Positions 1 through 11,950 of a stretch of 64,000 bases of DNA are shown one piece after another. Under the pieces are notes generated by a model. It saw nothing but the letters and a program-made list of their open reading frames with translations. It had not been told where the DNA came from and made no database searches. Positions within the stretch are counted from its first letter, which is position 1. The number at the start of each line of letters is the position of its first letter. The DNA is taken from the NCBI GenBank assembly GCA_036172245.1, contig JAYWIR010000027.1:2480001-2544000 (forward strand), given 5' to 3'. The position numbers and the translations under genes are program-made. This DNA is from Raillietiella orientalis (lineage: Eukaryota).

Positions 1-3000
1 GAAAACCTTGTTCTGCTGTTTCTCTTGCATTTTTATTTACAAACAGCTATTTTTCCAAAGAATAAAGGATGATAAACAAATCATGAAGCCCATTCAAGGT
101 TTCACATTCAAGATAAATGATACAAAAGAAAAGAAAAAGTGAACAATAAGTCCACCTTGAAGGATGAAACTCGAACGAATTTCAAGCCGAGGGGCAACCA
201 TGAAGTATTCCCAATCTAATTTCGGCAGCATCCTAAAAGGAAAGCCGAATGACCACAAATTCATCTCCTAGCGATCGAGTGATGTTGATTTAGAACAGAC
301 ACAGTGCACAGTGAAGCAGGTGTCACTGCCGATAACTCTAAGAGGTTTTCATTTAAAAAAAAAAATGAAAAAACAAGGTCGCCCTTAGCTACTTAGAAAA
401 TGCTGTAGTTCAAATTCTTGTTTTTGTTCTCTTCCAAGGAATATGCATTCCGTGAATACATGCGTTGTGAAATCGAAAGTATCTGAGAAAGTCTTTTTTT
501 TCTTCTTTTCTTCCTCCACCTTCCCTTCCTTTTTTTTTTGTTCTTCTTATTATTTAACTATTCGGATCCACGAGGCGAAGAAAGTCCTTGCTTTCGATCC
601 CGTGGCTGCAGGATTGCCGACTCCGCTCATCTCAGTCTCTCATCGACTCCTTTGAGACGATGGCGAAACAAAAACGCTACCTGCCGTCCTTTGTTCCGTG
701 GTCTCGTAAATTTCGGATGTTTTGAGCACCGCTTCCGCATCCATCCCCTCTGCCTGATGATCATGCACATGTGTTCCCGGAAGAGTGCGTCTCTCTCCGA
801 TACTTTTTGTCGTGCTTCCACTGGGTAGGCAAGAAGAGTCGAAAGCAACGCAGAAAGACATAAGAAATGAGAGCGAAAAGCGACCAGAACGGGGGGGGGA
901 AAAAAACGAAGCAATCCGTTCGCCCGGGAGGAAATCAGCATCCGCCAACAACGAAGGAGCACGTGGATGATTTGAATTTCTCCTAGGCTCTGCCTGTTCT
1001 CTTCTGCGCATCTCGCCGACCAGCAGCCCGGAATCCGAGGATGCATGGGGAACGGTTCCTGGGATCAATGCGGGACGCACGACACAGCGTGCCGCCTTCT
1101 CGTTCATTCCTTCCCCACGACACCGCCGCGGACGGTGGAAGCTCAGAACTGCGAAGAGCCTTCCTGCGGGAGTGACGTGGATGAGGAAGGCAAGTCGGGA
1201 AGGTTCCTGCACGAGGACATCCACGGCACGCGCTTCTGCAAGAGCCTCCTCTGCGGTGGCGAACCGGAATTGCGAGGCTTTGAGAGACCTCCCCCGTGCA
1301 GTCGAGGGTGCTTGGTGCTGATCTTGAAGATGTCACCACCGACACGCCATCTGTGCAAGGGCAGCGCCATCTGTGTATTCGGTTCATGGCGTCCAGAGCT
1401 CCATCCCGCCAGGCAAGAGAGCAGTTCGGTAGGTGGAGGGTGTGTGCGTACATGGAGAGCCGGGAAAGATTCGGCAGCGGCGAGACTGCGCCGTTCGTCT
1501 ACCGTCCCTCTTCGTGCGGGTCGCTGCGGGAAGAGCGCACGAAGACGTTAGCGAGTCGGCTCTTCCGGCGCAGTGGCACGAAGAGTTGGCACGGCATCAC
1601 AGCGTCTCTGGCAGTGGCGCGTGGAAGGTTCGTCCAGTCGAGGGCTCCAAGGGAAGGAATCTCTTTCGCGATGCTCCCGGCGCAAGAGATGAGCGAGCCC
1701 GTTTCGGATAGAGGTGGCCGCGCCTGTTTTCCCATTTCCGGACACGTCGGCCGCGCACATCGGGCACACGCGTCGGCCCGCGTTCACGGACTCGCCAAGG
1801 CGCATGCGCTCTTTCGCAGCGCAAGGCATCCCTGCTCGCGGCTGCAAAACTGAAACCCTTTGCACGTGACCGGAGACAAATGGCGCGCGCGCACGCAGTG
1901 TAGCCAGATCCCTCCTAAAAAAAACATGCGCGGGGAGTGGGTGGGTGCCAGAGAAATTTTTTTTTTTTCTCTCCCCCCTCTTGCCGTCGTGGAAGAGCCC
2001 CGACCCAGAGAATCCTTCACGGTGCTCTTTGTTTTTGCTCGTCGTTGACAATTCCCACGGATTCTTCCTGTCTCAAGAAGAGCAGCTTTTTCGCTCTTTC
2101 CATTCAAATATTTTCCTTCAGATCATCTTTCACAGACGTCACTTGAACGGGCTCTGTTGATTTTCTCTCTCTCTCTCTCTCTCTCATTTTTTTTTTTTTT
2201 TTAATTTTTTGCGCCGGAAGACCTCTGGGAATGGTGTGATGTCTCGTATACGATTCTTGGTATTTACGCTTTCAGATGACTTGAGAAATTAATCGCGGAT
2301 TCTTGCAGGACGCTTTGCAGTGAGTGACCTTCGAATTCTTCGGAAGCGCAGCACCACCGGTAGCTCTTAAGCTCACCGAGTTACCGAGTTCCACGGGATA
2401 CATGGATCGTTTTCATATTTCAGCGCCTGTCATCTTCGCGAAGCTGGGGAGAGAGAGGGTTCTTTTGCCAACGTGCTGCGTGGGATTCCTTGCTCTCCTG
2501 GTCAACCGACACATCCCCCCTGCGCGGGCATCAAAAACAAAATTCAGGACAATCTGGCAAAAGTTTGGACGCAAATCCAGGAGAGCACGGCAGCGCGCTC
2601 CGCTCCCGCGAAGCCTAATTTCTCCCGTCCCGTCGAAAAAGCCGAATTTTCGTTTCACCCACAAAGTCGGACTTTGGTCAAACGCGTCACGTCCTCCTCC
2701 TTCAAACCGAGCGGCCGCAGGGTCCTCAGTTCTCGGGCTGCTTCCCTGCCTAGCGAAAATCGCCACCCTCTCGGTTTTCCCCGAGCTCCTTGCCACACTC
2801 CGTGCTTGCTAGCCACACGTCCATCGGCCACTCGCCTCGAAGGTTCGGGGAAAGAGTGTGTGCGCGCAAGCGCCGATCCGTTTCGGCACGGATCGCGCGG
2901 ACGGGCAGAATCCGAGAAGGAAACGGTGGGAATCCCACGGAAGGGGGGGGGGGGTAGGGGTGGCGAAACTCGTTGGCGGGTCCGATGGTTCATTCCTTCC

Positions 3001-3529
3001 TTCGGGTCCAGCAGCATCCCGAACGAAGCGGGACGATAAACGAACGGCAGAGCCTCGCCGCTGCCGAATCTTTCCCGCTCTCGGTGTATGCACGCCTCCC
3101 TCCCATGTACAATTCAAACCTCGAAGCCCGGTAAGGTACACGGTGAAACGGGACACCTACGCCAAGTTCCTCTGCCGTCGACTTGGGGGTGCGTGCAACA
3201 GCGACGTGCTGCTGCCATTGAGCGAGGTGTGCTCCGTGTGCCGTCTCCATAACAACCAAAGGTTTGTCTACGCATCGAAATACAAGCAGCAGCCGGGTAT
3301 AGTTCAGAACCCCGCAAGATTCTAAAAAATAATGCATATTCTGCAAAGCTTAACGTAGAAAATTAAGCATGAAAATTATAAAACTGCATTTGCTGCCATA
3401 AACTGCAACTTCATTTGTGCGATTGGAAAGATCCTCCACCCATCGCACTTGGTAACGATAGCAAGCAGCTGTATTCGGGTTTGCATTTACTGAGGTACGT
3501 GTATAATACAATGCCAGATACCTGTTGAA

Positions 3530-3960
3530 TAAAATGGTTTAGAATTCGGGAAAAAAATATATGTATAAAAATTAATATGCATTCACATATACATCCATTT
3601 ATTTATGTAAAGATTAATATATGGATAAATGTAAAATAGAACGGTTATAATGAATAAACATGTGTGCTCATTACATTTATTTATTATAGGTCAATATACA
3701 AATTAATATATATTATGAGGTTTATAAAGGATGAACATATGTGCTTATCCTACATAGGTTAATATGTAAACTTGTTCGAACCCGCACGGTTATTCATATT
3801 TATTAACGCACATATTATTAGCAGTAATCTTAATGAATATAATCTGTTTCATAATATTAGTGCTAATAATAGGCATGTTAATAGATATGAATAGCTTTGT
3901 CTATTAAAATAAATTTGTGTATCAATCTATGTAGGATAAACATGTATGCTTATTTTTTAC
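3530..3960. repeat. AT-rich low-complexity tract with a recurring AT(A/G)AACAT(A/G)T(G/A)TGCT motif
   Basis: Motif near 3654, 3731 and 3936. Confidence 0.6.
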
Positions 3961-4249
3961 GACCTTTCGAGATTTCGGCGTTCGGGGTCTCGATCGGCAC
4001 CCGCAGCAACCAGAACTCCTCCTAGTAACACGATTAGGGCGCTGTAGGTTTCCTAACCGTGTCGCTAGCGGTCATCGTTTTCCTGCCGGCGATGGTTTGG
4101 GAAACAGGGAGCCCATGTGGTGAAGAGCTCTGCGCCCACGTGAATGGGTTTGCTTCCCCCTTCGAGACGGTTGTGTTGGCTTCGAAGGAATGAGTTTCCG
4201 GAAACCGTGGTGTCCAGGCAGGGGGATGGAGGTCATTTTTAAAGGATGC

Positions 4250-5022
4250 CTCGATGGCGACCGCGACCTGCCTCAGCGCGCGCGGCACCTCACGTCGCGG
4301 GTTCGAATCCCCCCCAGGGAAGAAGCGTCGACGCCGACAAACGGGGGGCCGCGTCGCCTGGGTTCGAGTGCCCTCCCCGCAGGATGGCGCTGGTTGAGTG
4401 CGTTCCTGCTGACCACTTGTGAATCGAAACTTTCGAAAAAGACGGGGATAAAGGAAAAATTCGGTGGATTGCAAAGCGAAGCAAAGAATTGCCTCTCATT
4501 TTATCAAGTCAGCGATGCCGTTGCCGAAAGGGGTGCCGTGCGGCACCGGTGGAAGCCGGAAACCCCCGGATGCCCCCGTTAACTGGCCGGGACTGGGAGT
4601 TGACCTTCCGGGGTGATTCCAGAAATCAAGGAGCCCTTCGGGGTTCCCCTCCGGCTGCGAAAAGGGGAGCTGGTTTTGATAACCCTCTCTGGGGGTTGCC
4701 TTTCCAGAGTGTTAAGAAGCTCGCTGTCCCCATTCGGGAGCCACTCTTCAGGGAAAAGGAGAGGCGTCCTTTCGGGGTTCTCTTCAGAGGAAGAGGAAAT
4801 GGGGGGCGGATCCTTTCCGGGTTCCCTTCGGAGAAGAGACGAGGAGCGACCCCCACAAATTGGGGGGTCCCTCCAGAGGGAACAAGGAAGAGGCTCCCTT
4901 CGGGGTTCTCCTCCCACGAGTAAGAGAGGAACGGGACTCCTTTCTCCGGAGCCTTCCTGGATTCTCAGGGCAGTCCCTCCGTGGCCACCTCCCAACTCGA
5001 GGAGTCACACGCATTCTCCGGG
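4250..5022 (+). mobile_element. tRNA-headed, hairpin-array repeat (SINE-like family 2), longest copy, with an internal insertion at about 4400-4530
   Basis: B-box GGTTCGAATCC at about 4300; conserved core ATGCCCCCGTTRACTGGCCGGGA; homologues at 9225-9800, 38780-39170 and 43670-44240. Confidence 0.65.
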
Positions 5023-5332
5023 GGGGGGGGGCGTGTGGCAGCCGAGCTTTCCCAAATGTGGCGAACGTCAACTCGCGTCCCGGAAGGTCTCTGAGCGAAT
5101 ACGAGACGCGGGACTCTTCAGATCCATGGCTTCCTGGAAGCCCCCAACATGATAGCAGAGGGAAGACGGGGGCAGCGTCTCCTGCGGGAAGAGGCCACTC
5201 GACAAACGGGAAGTGGAATCGATGAAGTCCGTAGGAATGGAAACGAAGGCGAAAGAAAGGCCTTTGCTTTTCGGGCTGCGTCATTTCGTCACTTCAGAGA
5301 CGAGTTGGGCAGAGATCGAAAGGAACGCAGAA

Positions 5333-5500
5333 ATCATCATCACTACCACCACCACCATCATCATCATCATTAACATCATCATCATCATTACCGCTATTGC
5401 TATCGTCCATATTATTATCACCATTATTATCATCATCGTTTTAGTCATTAGCATCCTCATCATTGCTATCATTAGCACCATCATCATCATCGTCATCATC
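5333..5500. repeat. Degenerate (ATC/ATT)n trinucleotide tract
   Basis: Directly visible. Confidence 0.9.
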
Positions 5501-5699
5501 TCGCAAACAGTAGTGATTACTAGCACTGCGTGCACGAATCAACTTGGTGACGTAAGGATTTGAAGTCAATCTGAGTAGCGCACCCGCATGTGCGAAGCGC
5601 AAGAGCAAGGTCGGGTTCCGATGACAGGAAAGGGCAGACCGCTCAAACCGGTAGTCGTCAATAGTTCCAGTTGGTGCGGCGTGGGCCGGGCAGCCGGAC

Positions 5700-7306
5700 T
5701 GGACCCGCTTGGGGATACCCACGGGCGGGTACTTTAAGTACCTTGGCGTTGCATCGGGGGACTTCTGCGTTGCCGAAGCCTGGTCAGGCCGTTTCCAAAA
5801 AGTGGAGATGGCTCTCGGCCCGTTCCAGGACGGCAAGTTTTACATGCAGGAACGCGTTTGTGGCTCTCCTCATCCGCCTCCTGCTTTTTGTTTGCCCTGC
5901 CCCACCCAACATCAGGAAGCGAACCGAGGACCTCCTCATGAAAGCCCTATGAGGCACAGGGAGGACCAGAGTTCACTTAAAAAACTTTTGTGCTCCGCGT
6001 AAGGATGGAGCGTCAGCTCCAGATCAGAAGAATCTCCCTCGCGGCGAGGCTATGGAACACGCCTTGGTGCGCGCCTGCACGGCTCCTCACCAGAAGAGCG
6101 ACCGGATGCGAAGGATTGACTTCGATCCTCGTGGCCAACGACACCAGCCTGAGGCGATGTGACTATCAGCTGCGTCGAATGCATGCCTTGGTGCAGGAGA
6201 GCACATGGATCTCCTGCCTCCCCGCGAACTGCATTGCCTGGCTTGAGGAGTTGATCTCGCCTGGGGAAAGATCCATGGCTCAAGCGAGGAGTACTCCGGA
6301 AAGGGCGGTACACTCGACAGCCACTTCCGGAGATCGTATGCAACCCACGCAAACTGCTGTGGGCCTCGTTCACTCCCCTTAGCCCAGCGCTTCCCTTCCT
6401 TAAAAACACTGGGGACAGCGACCTCTTGGCAAGATGGTAAGTATCCTGCCGTGTCCAAGGCAGGAAAAAACTCTTAAGCGCGTGGGCAACTCGGCAGCTA
6501 GTGGACGCTGCGACCCCGAGTGCCCCGCCTAAAAAAGGAATTGCACGCTGGGGCGAGGTGCTCACGATACCTCTGGAGGAGGTGAAGTGGTCCCCAGCGT
6601 GTTGGGATAGTGGCGTCCTCCCCCTCAAGTGGCGATAGGTGGCGTTGCTGTTGTTGCATTGGGGAATCTCATGCGGAGCATGCCTCCATCATCGGACACC
6701 TGGGAGTGTGGATGCCAATTGCGAAAGTTGCAGAGAGAAGGAGACCTTCCCACACTTATTAGTAGACCGTGTCTCTCTCTGAGCCCTTCGGGATCGACTC
6801 TCGTTGATTTTTAAAATCCCGGTAGGCGAGCCCAAGAACATTTTCTGGCGCTTCTTCATGAGTGACGTCCTGCCACCTGCCTCATCTCTAGCAGTTCTCT
6901 GCTGTGTACGCGGAATCGTGGCAAAGCGGAACTCAAGAAGAGGCCAGGGATGCTATCCTCCGCGGGAATCTTCTTGAAGACAGCCTCCCAATGACCCCAC
7001 CTAGGGAAAAAAAAAACAGAACTTCTCAGTATCCTGGACAGGATGCAGAAGACGTCTTCAGGAGAACAGAGATCCCTTCCCTGCCCTCCTTTACCCAATA
7101 AACTCTCCTCCCCCTTTTCCCCCTCTTTGTTTGTTTTTGTATGGTTTTCTCTCCCCCTTCACCGATAGAGCGAACTTCAACGGTCTGCGTACCGGTTTTT
7201 GGCAAGTTCTTCGCGCGTGGTGGAACCAAGCGTTCTACCATCAATATGTAAATCTTACGACTTTATTATAATTCTTTATAAATGCCTCGGCAAGTCCGGA
7301 TGAAAA
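5700..7306 (+). mobile_element. L1/Tx1-like LINE, 5'-truncated copy A (end of RT, thumb, zf-RVT, 3' UTR)
   Basis: FKYLGV at 5733; NCESCREKETFPHLLVD near 6715; structured 3' UTR; terminal hairpin 7284-7302. Confidence 0.8.
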
Positions 7307-7309
7307 ACT

Positions 7310-8900
7310 GGTTGGCGCAAGGGAGGCCGGGGGTTCCTGAAACGCGCGTGCCATCCTGGCGCACGTGGACAATGCCTGGAGCCTTTCTCGTAGGAGTCGT
7401 CCGCCTTCGCTGGTCACCGCACTGAGTGGAGCGCGTGTCCGGATCTTTCCGAGCCGGGAGGACGCTCGCGGTCACCTCGCCGCTCTGGAAACGGGAGGAC
7501 CTCCCTCTAACGATTCGTTTCCACGGAATCCGGAAACGAATGTCTCATATCCGCTCTTCCGACAGGCTTTCACAGAGACACCCTCACCTCTTCCGGCCGT
7601 TTCGCCTCTTTCCGATGTCGGCGATCGCGGCCTGGGATGCTCAGCACCGGCGGGGCATGGCCGGGAGGGCGGAAGGGCGCAGCTGGGGGTGTGGGGCCCG
7701 GGGTGCGGTTTGGCGCTCGACGGGCACTCGACGGGTGCGTTGCGCGGCGTCGCCCGGTCTCCCGAGAAGATGGGCGGGCGGGTCGGGACCTCTGCAGCCG
7801 CTCCGGCTCGTTTCCGGGTCTCCCGAACGCCTGTCCCGAGCGCAGAGAGGTGCGAGCTGGGAAACGGGATCTGGAGGGACTTCCCCCCTCCCCTCTTTTC
7901 GTCTTTTCCAGCCGGAGTGGGACTCCCTCCTATGGGACCGACCGGCCTCGTGCTGACGAAGGGGCTGTCCGGGAGAGGTGGTACCTAAGGGAGGGGAGGG
8001 GGTTGCGTCTGGAATAGTGAGGCTGCCGGCGCATCTTCGCAGGCGTCTAGGAAAAGGCGGCAGAGCGTCCCCTTTCGGCACAGCATCGCTCGCGAGCGGG
8101 CTGGGCGTCCGCGGGACGTGAGAGGGAGGGGGAGGTAGAAGAAGGGGGGGGGAGAAGGAGAGTGGGGGGGAGGGAGAATGGCACGCTGTCCGCCCGATGC
8201 ACGCGGCTCCTGGAAGCGCGGATTCCATCCACACCGACCTTTCCAAAAATCGCAGCGGTGCGAGCCTAAGCGACCGGTTCTCGGACGGCCGGAGGCGGGG
8301 CGTTGGCGGAGTTCCAAGGCCTCCGCGGCCCTGCCGACATAGGGAAACCGAGAGAGTAGGCATGCCCGAGATTCTCCCCCCACGGAGGTGGGCACTCCCT
8401 TCCCTTCTTGCCAGAGGAAGCAACCCCCATCCACTCACTCTTCCCACGTTCATCGGATGGGAGAAGGGAGGAGGCACTGACTACTACGCATTGGAACGAC
8501 GGCCTGCCGGACACGGCAGCGGCTGTGGATGCGGAGGCGTTGCAACAGCTCACGCAGGGGACGGCGCCGCCGGCCATGCTCCGTGGCACGGCGATGAGCG
8601 CGCTCTCTCTCACGTTCCCGAGCCCCCTTCGCCCGTCCTTGGCCAGGCGAGAGCGCCGAGAGGCAGCCGCACCGCGGAATTGCGCTGGGCGGCTTCTCCT
8701 CCCCTCCCGGCATCGCGGCCAGGCTCCGGGAGTTGGCGAAACCTCCTTCCTGCACCTTTCGCGGAATCACCTCCGGGAGGTTTCGGGAGCATCTCTCCAG
8801 CCAACGCCCCCGCCTCCCTAGGGAGCCGCTGGCTCAGTCTCTCCCTCGTCTGCATTAGGGCGGGTGGGACCATCTCCAGGGGGGCTGACATCTTCCCCAG
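7310..8900 (+). mobile_element. Degenerate LINE ORF2 piece (APE endonuclease, linker, start of RT)
   Basis: Frameshifted motifs GVPET (QET-like), GRTLAV, VGDR (GDFN-like) and GQAPGVG (KAPGxDG-like) in the expected order. Confidence 0.4.
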
Positions 8901-9059
8901 GTGCACAGCCTGCCGGTGCGAGTGTGCTCGGTATGTTCTGCTGTCCACCCTCTTCTGGGTTCCCTTCCCTTTTAGGAGGAGAGGGAGAGGTCTCAAGGAG
9001 TGCCGAAGAACCGTTCAACCTCCTTTCGGGTGTCTCACGAAGCTCTTTAAGCACCGCCC

Positions 9060-9205
9060 ACGCCACCATCATCATTACTGTCATCACCGCCATCCTCATC
9101 CTTACTATCATTATCGTTATTGTCATTAGCATCATTATTATTACTATCATCATTAGCATCATCATCTCTATCATTAGCATCGTCGTCATCATCACTATTA
9201 TTATC
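9060..9205. repeat. Degenerate (ATC/ATT)n trinucleotide tract
   Basis: Directly visible. Confidence 0.9.
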
Positions 9206-9224
9206 CATTCAACTTGGTGACTTT

Positions 9225-9805
9225 ATAAGGAGATGGATGGGTGGGGATACCTGCAGGAAAAAATGTCTGTTCTTCTTACGCTTGGGAGGGAACCCCGAAG
9301 GGAACCACCTCTCCTTTGTTCTCTCTGGAGGGACCCTCCCTGGTTCGGGGGGGGAGCTCCTCATTGCTTCTCCGGAAGGAACCCGGAAATGATCCGTTCC
9401 TAGAATTTCCTCGGAAGGGGGTTCCCCCACAGGAGCAGCGCGCTTCTTGACACTCTAGAGAGGCAAAAGAAGCAACCCCGTCCTCCCTCCCGAGAGGGGC
9501 ATCAACCAGATCCATGGAAGGGCTCCATTTTGAAAACTAGGGATGGGGGGAGAACCCGAGGGATCCCGGAGGAGAGTCGACTTCCAGTCCCGGCCAGTCA
9601 ACGGGGGCATTCGGATTCCACCGGTGCCGCCGCAACCCGAATGAAGGCCAATCAGCGCCATCTTGCGAAGGGGGAAGGGGGAACTCGAAACCCACGAGGT
9701 CCCTCCCCCCCATTTGTCGGCGTCTCCCTTCTCCAGGCGGGATTCGACCTCACGACGCTCAGTGCCGCGCGCGCAGAGACCGCGGCCGCCACCAGCGCAC
9801 GCAGA
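9225..9805 (-). mobile_element. Family 2 copy
   Basis: tRNA-like head (ggtcgaatcccgcc), CAAGATGGCG, conserved core at 9571-9629, hairpin array. Confidence 0.65.
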
Positions 9806-10189
9806 ACGGCCCATCCCTCTTTCTGAGATGCCTGTTCCCGTTCCCCTGTTTCAAGGCCCTCCACTGCGGTGCGCGTGTCCAGGGCTGCGGATCTGGCGCG
9901 TCAAGGTCAGCGAGCTCGATGGTGCTCGTGAGAGGTGATGCGCGCTCCCCCCTTATTCTCAATTTGTCCAGGCTCTTCAGAAGGAAGGGGGCTCTCGTCG
10001 TGCCCTTGTATTGAAGGGCAAGGACAGAGGAAAAGGGGTGACGTTGTACGCGTTACCACTGGGCGGGACGCATTGTCCCACCGAGTCAACGAGAAATTCT
10101 TAGGGGGGGGCGCAGGAGAGTTTACGACTGAAACGAAGGGGGGTTGGATGGAGAAGAAGAGAGGCGAAGGCGAGGACAAAAAAGTCCGT

Positions 10190-11410
10190 TCATAGTTCCC
10201 AAAAGGTGGGGAGAAGGGAAGGGACCCTTGTCCGTGTCATTGGTTCTTCTGCATAGTTCTCAGGACCTTCATGACTGCCCAGACGGGTCTAACCATATCG
10301 GTGCCATCCTCAGGAACCGAGTGGGAAAGAGGGCAGCGGCTCCCCTTGCCGTTGCGGTCTCCCTCGGCCTCGCACCCCGCTGAGGGCAGCTTGCGGGCGG
10401 CATGGCATTCCGCCCAACGAGGGGTTCGGAAAGTTCATCCGCCGCCTTGCAAGGAAAGGGCGCGGGAAAACGTCCCCAGTTCTCCAGCAGACTGGGAGAC
10501 GCATGAGTTGGTGTAGGCTCCGCCACTACGACGCGCAGTGGCGACGGGACTCCTTCGGTGGAACGAACTGTTGAGTCTTGTCCCCGAAGAACTCGAGGTC
10601 CCTCCCCATTGGTTGGACGCTTCCGTGTTCCCACTATCGTAGAAACACTGGAGATTGCGGTGCAACGAGCTCAGGCACCCTCGTTTCCGCAGGGGTTGCA
10701 TCCCCGAACTGCGCCAGATGCGGGTCGGCAGATTCGATCCCTCCGCGCCTGCTTTTGGACTGCCGTGATCCCCCCGGGAACTATGGCGGAGGCTGGCGGC
10801 AGCGCTCCCCCACAGGGAGGACACTGCTCGAGATGTGCTGCGACGGTCCTTCGGCGCCGGGAGGACTCTCAACGGATGCAGTGGTCGCAACCACGGGGTT
10901 GCATCCGCTCCATAGTCAAGGCCCTCCATGTGCTGGAGAGGACCAGGACGCAAAGGGAGGTCACCAGGATGGCAGCCGCCTACATGAGGACGGCTACGAG
11001 GTGGCCTCACCTGAACGAAGAAGCGGAGGCGATGGCGGGCATCCACCGCCGGTTTGACGAGAGTACAACGGCGGTCCTCGGTGACCCCTGTCTCCTGCCT
11101 CCCTTTACTATTTTTCTTTCTCATTCCCCCATCCCCGTTCGCTCCTTTACTTTCCTGGCGTTTTTTGTCTCGTTTCCAGTGCTCACGCAGCCAACTTAAA
11201 GATCCCTGCCCCATCCCACCCACCTTCTTTTATTTATTCATTTTTGCTGTTGCTGTAACCTTTCCCTCCCCCGTTCCGAACTGTCTGTTGTCCCGGCCTG
11301 CGTGTCGGTGGAACTTCCCCCTTGAACTTCGGTCTTCGGTTGGGAACCAGCGTATTCCCAACTGGTTTGTTTTTTATAAAAGAAACGCCCTGGCGTAACC
11401 TAGTGGAAAA
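10190..11410 (+). mobile_element. L1/Tx1-like LINE 3' copy B
   Basis: NCARCGSADSIPPRLLLDC near 10707; homology to other copies; 3' terminus aaacgccctggcgtaacctagtggaaaa. Confidence 0.75.
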
Positions 11411-11499
11411 CTCCCCTGGCAGTTGGAAGGGGGGGAGGGCGAGGGTTCTTCTACCATGCATCTGGCAGAGTCCGAGGTTGCCTTCGTCCAATGGCGGCG

Positions 11500-11950
11500 G
11501 CGCGCGTTGAGAGGAAGTTCCTAATGCAGCATCAGCAGCGCCGAATGCTTCCGCCTGAGGGGGAGGAAGGAGCTGTCTTCGATCGCCGTGGACACTTCCA
11601 GAACGTCTTCGGGAATTCCTGAAGAGCTCTCTCCCCAGCGAGGAAGTCTTTCCGGAGGAGTCGTTGGTGTTGCCGCGCCAGCGAGCCGACTCTCAGTCGG
11701 GCATCCGAGGGGTGTCCTGCGGCTGGAGATCTCGCAGGAAACCTCCCTCGCCTGCGGTGAAGGGTAATAGGCTTATAACACGGAAGACACCGCTGCGGCG
11801 GAGGGGGGCGGCCGCTGGAGCAGACCAACGCGTGCAGCTCGCTGCCCACCTCTGCCCCACTGCTCTGCCGGCGTCTTGTTGCCTGGGACATGGCTCGTTG
11901 ACGACGGAGTAAGAGACAACAGCTGCTGATCGCCTCCTGCCGGACCCCAT
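11500..11950 (-). mobile_element. Degenerate LINE RT N-terminal fragment
   Basis: GNKTPAE, VGSELHALV and GVFRVISLLP..GE..LRDLQP resemble KSPG..AEFY / GVITLLPK / WRPI. Confidence 0.35.

Noticed and set aside
987..1428. Cys-rich exon-like open frame with AG/GT ends
   Set aside because: No recognisable domain or partner exon; unsupported without transcript data
4255..4325. Functional tRNA gene
   Set aside because: B-box present but no complete cloverleaf or T-run terminator; part of a dispersed repeat
5213..5563. Poly-Ile, poly-His or poly-Met ORFs (also 8818-9220)
   Set aside because: Translations of (ATC)n microsatellites
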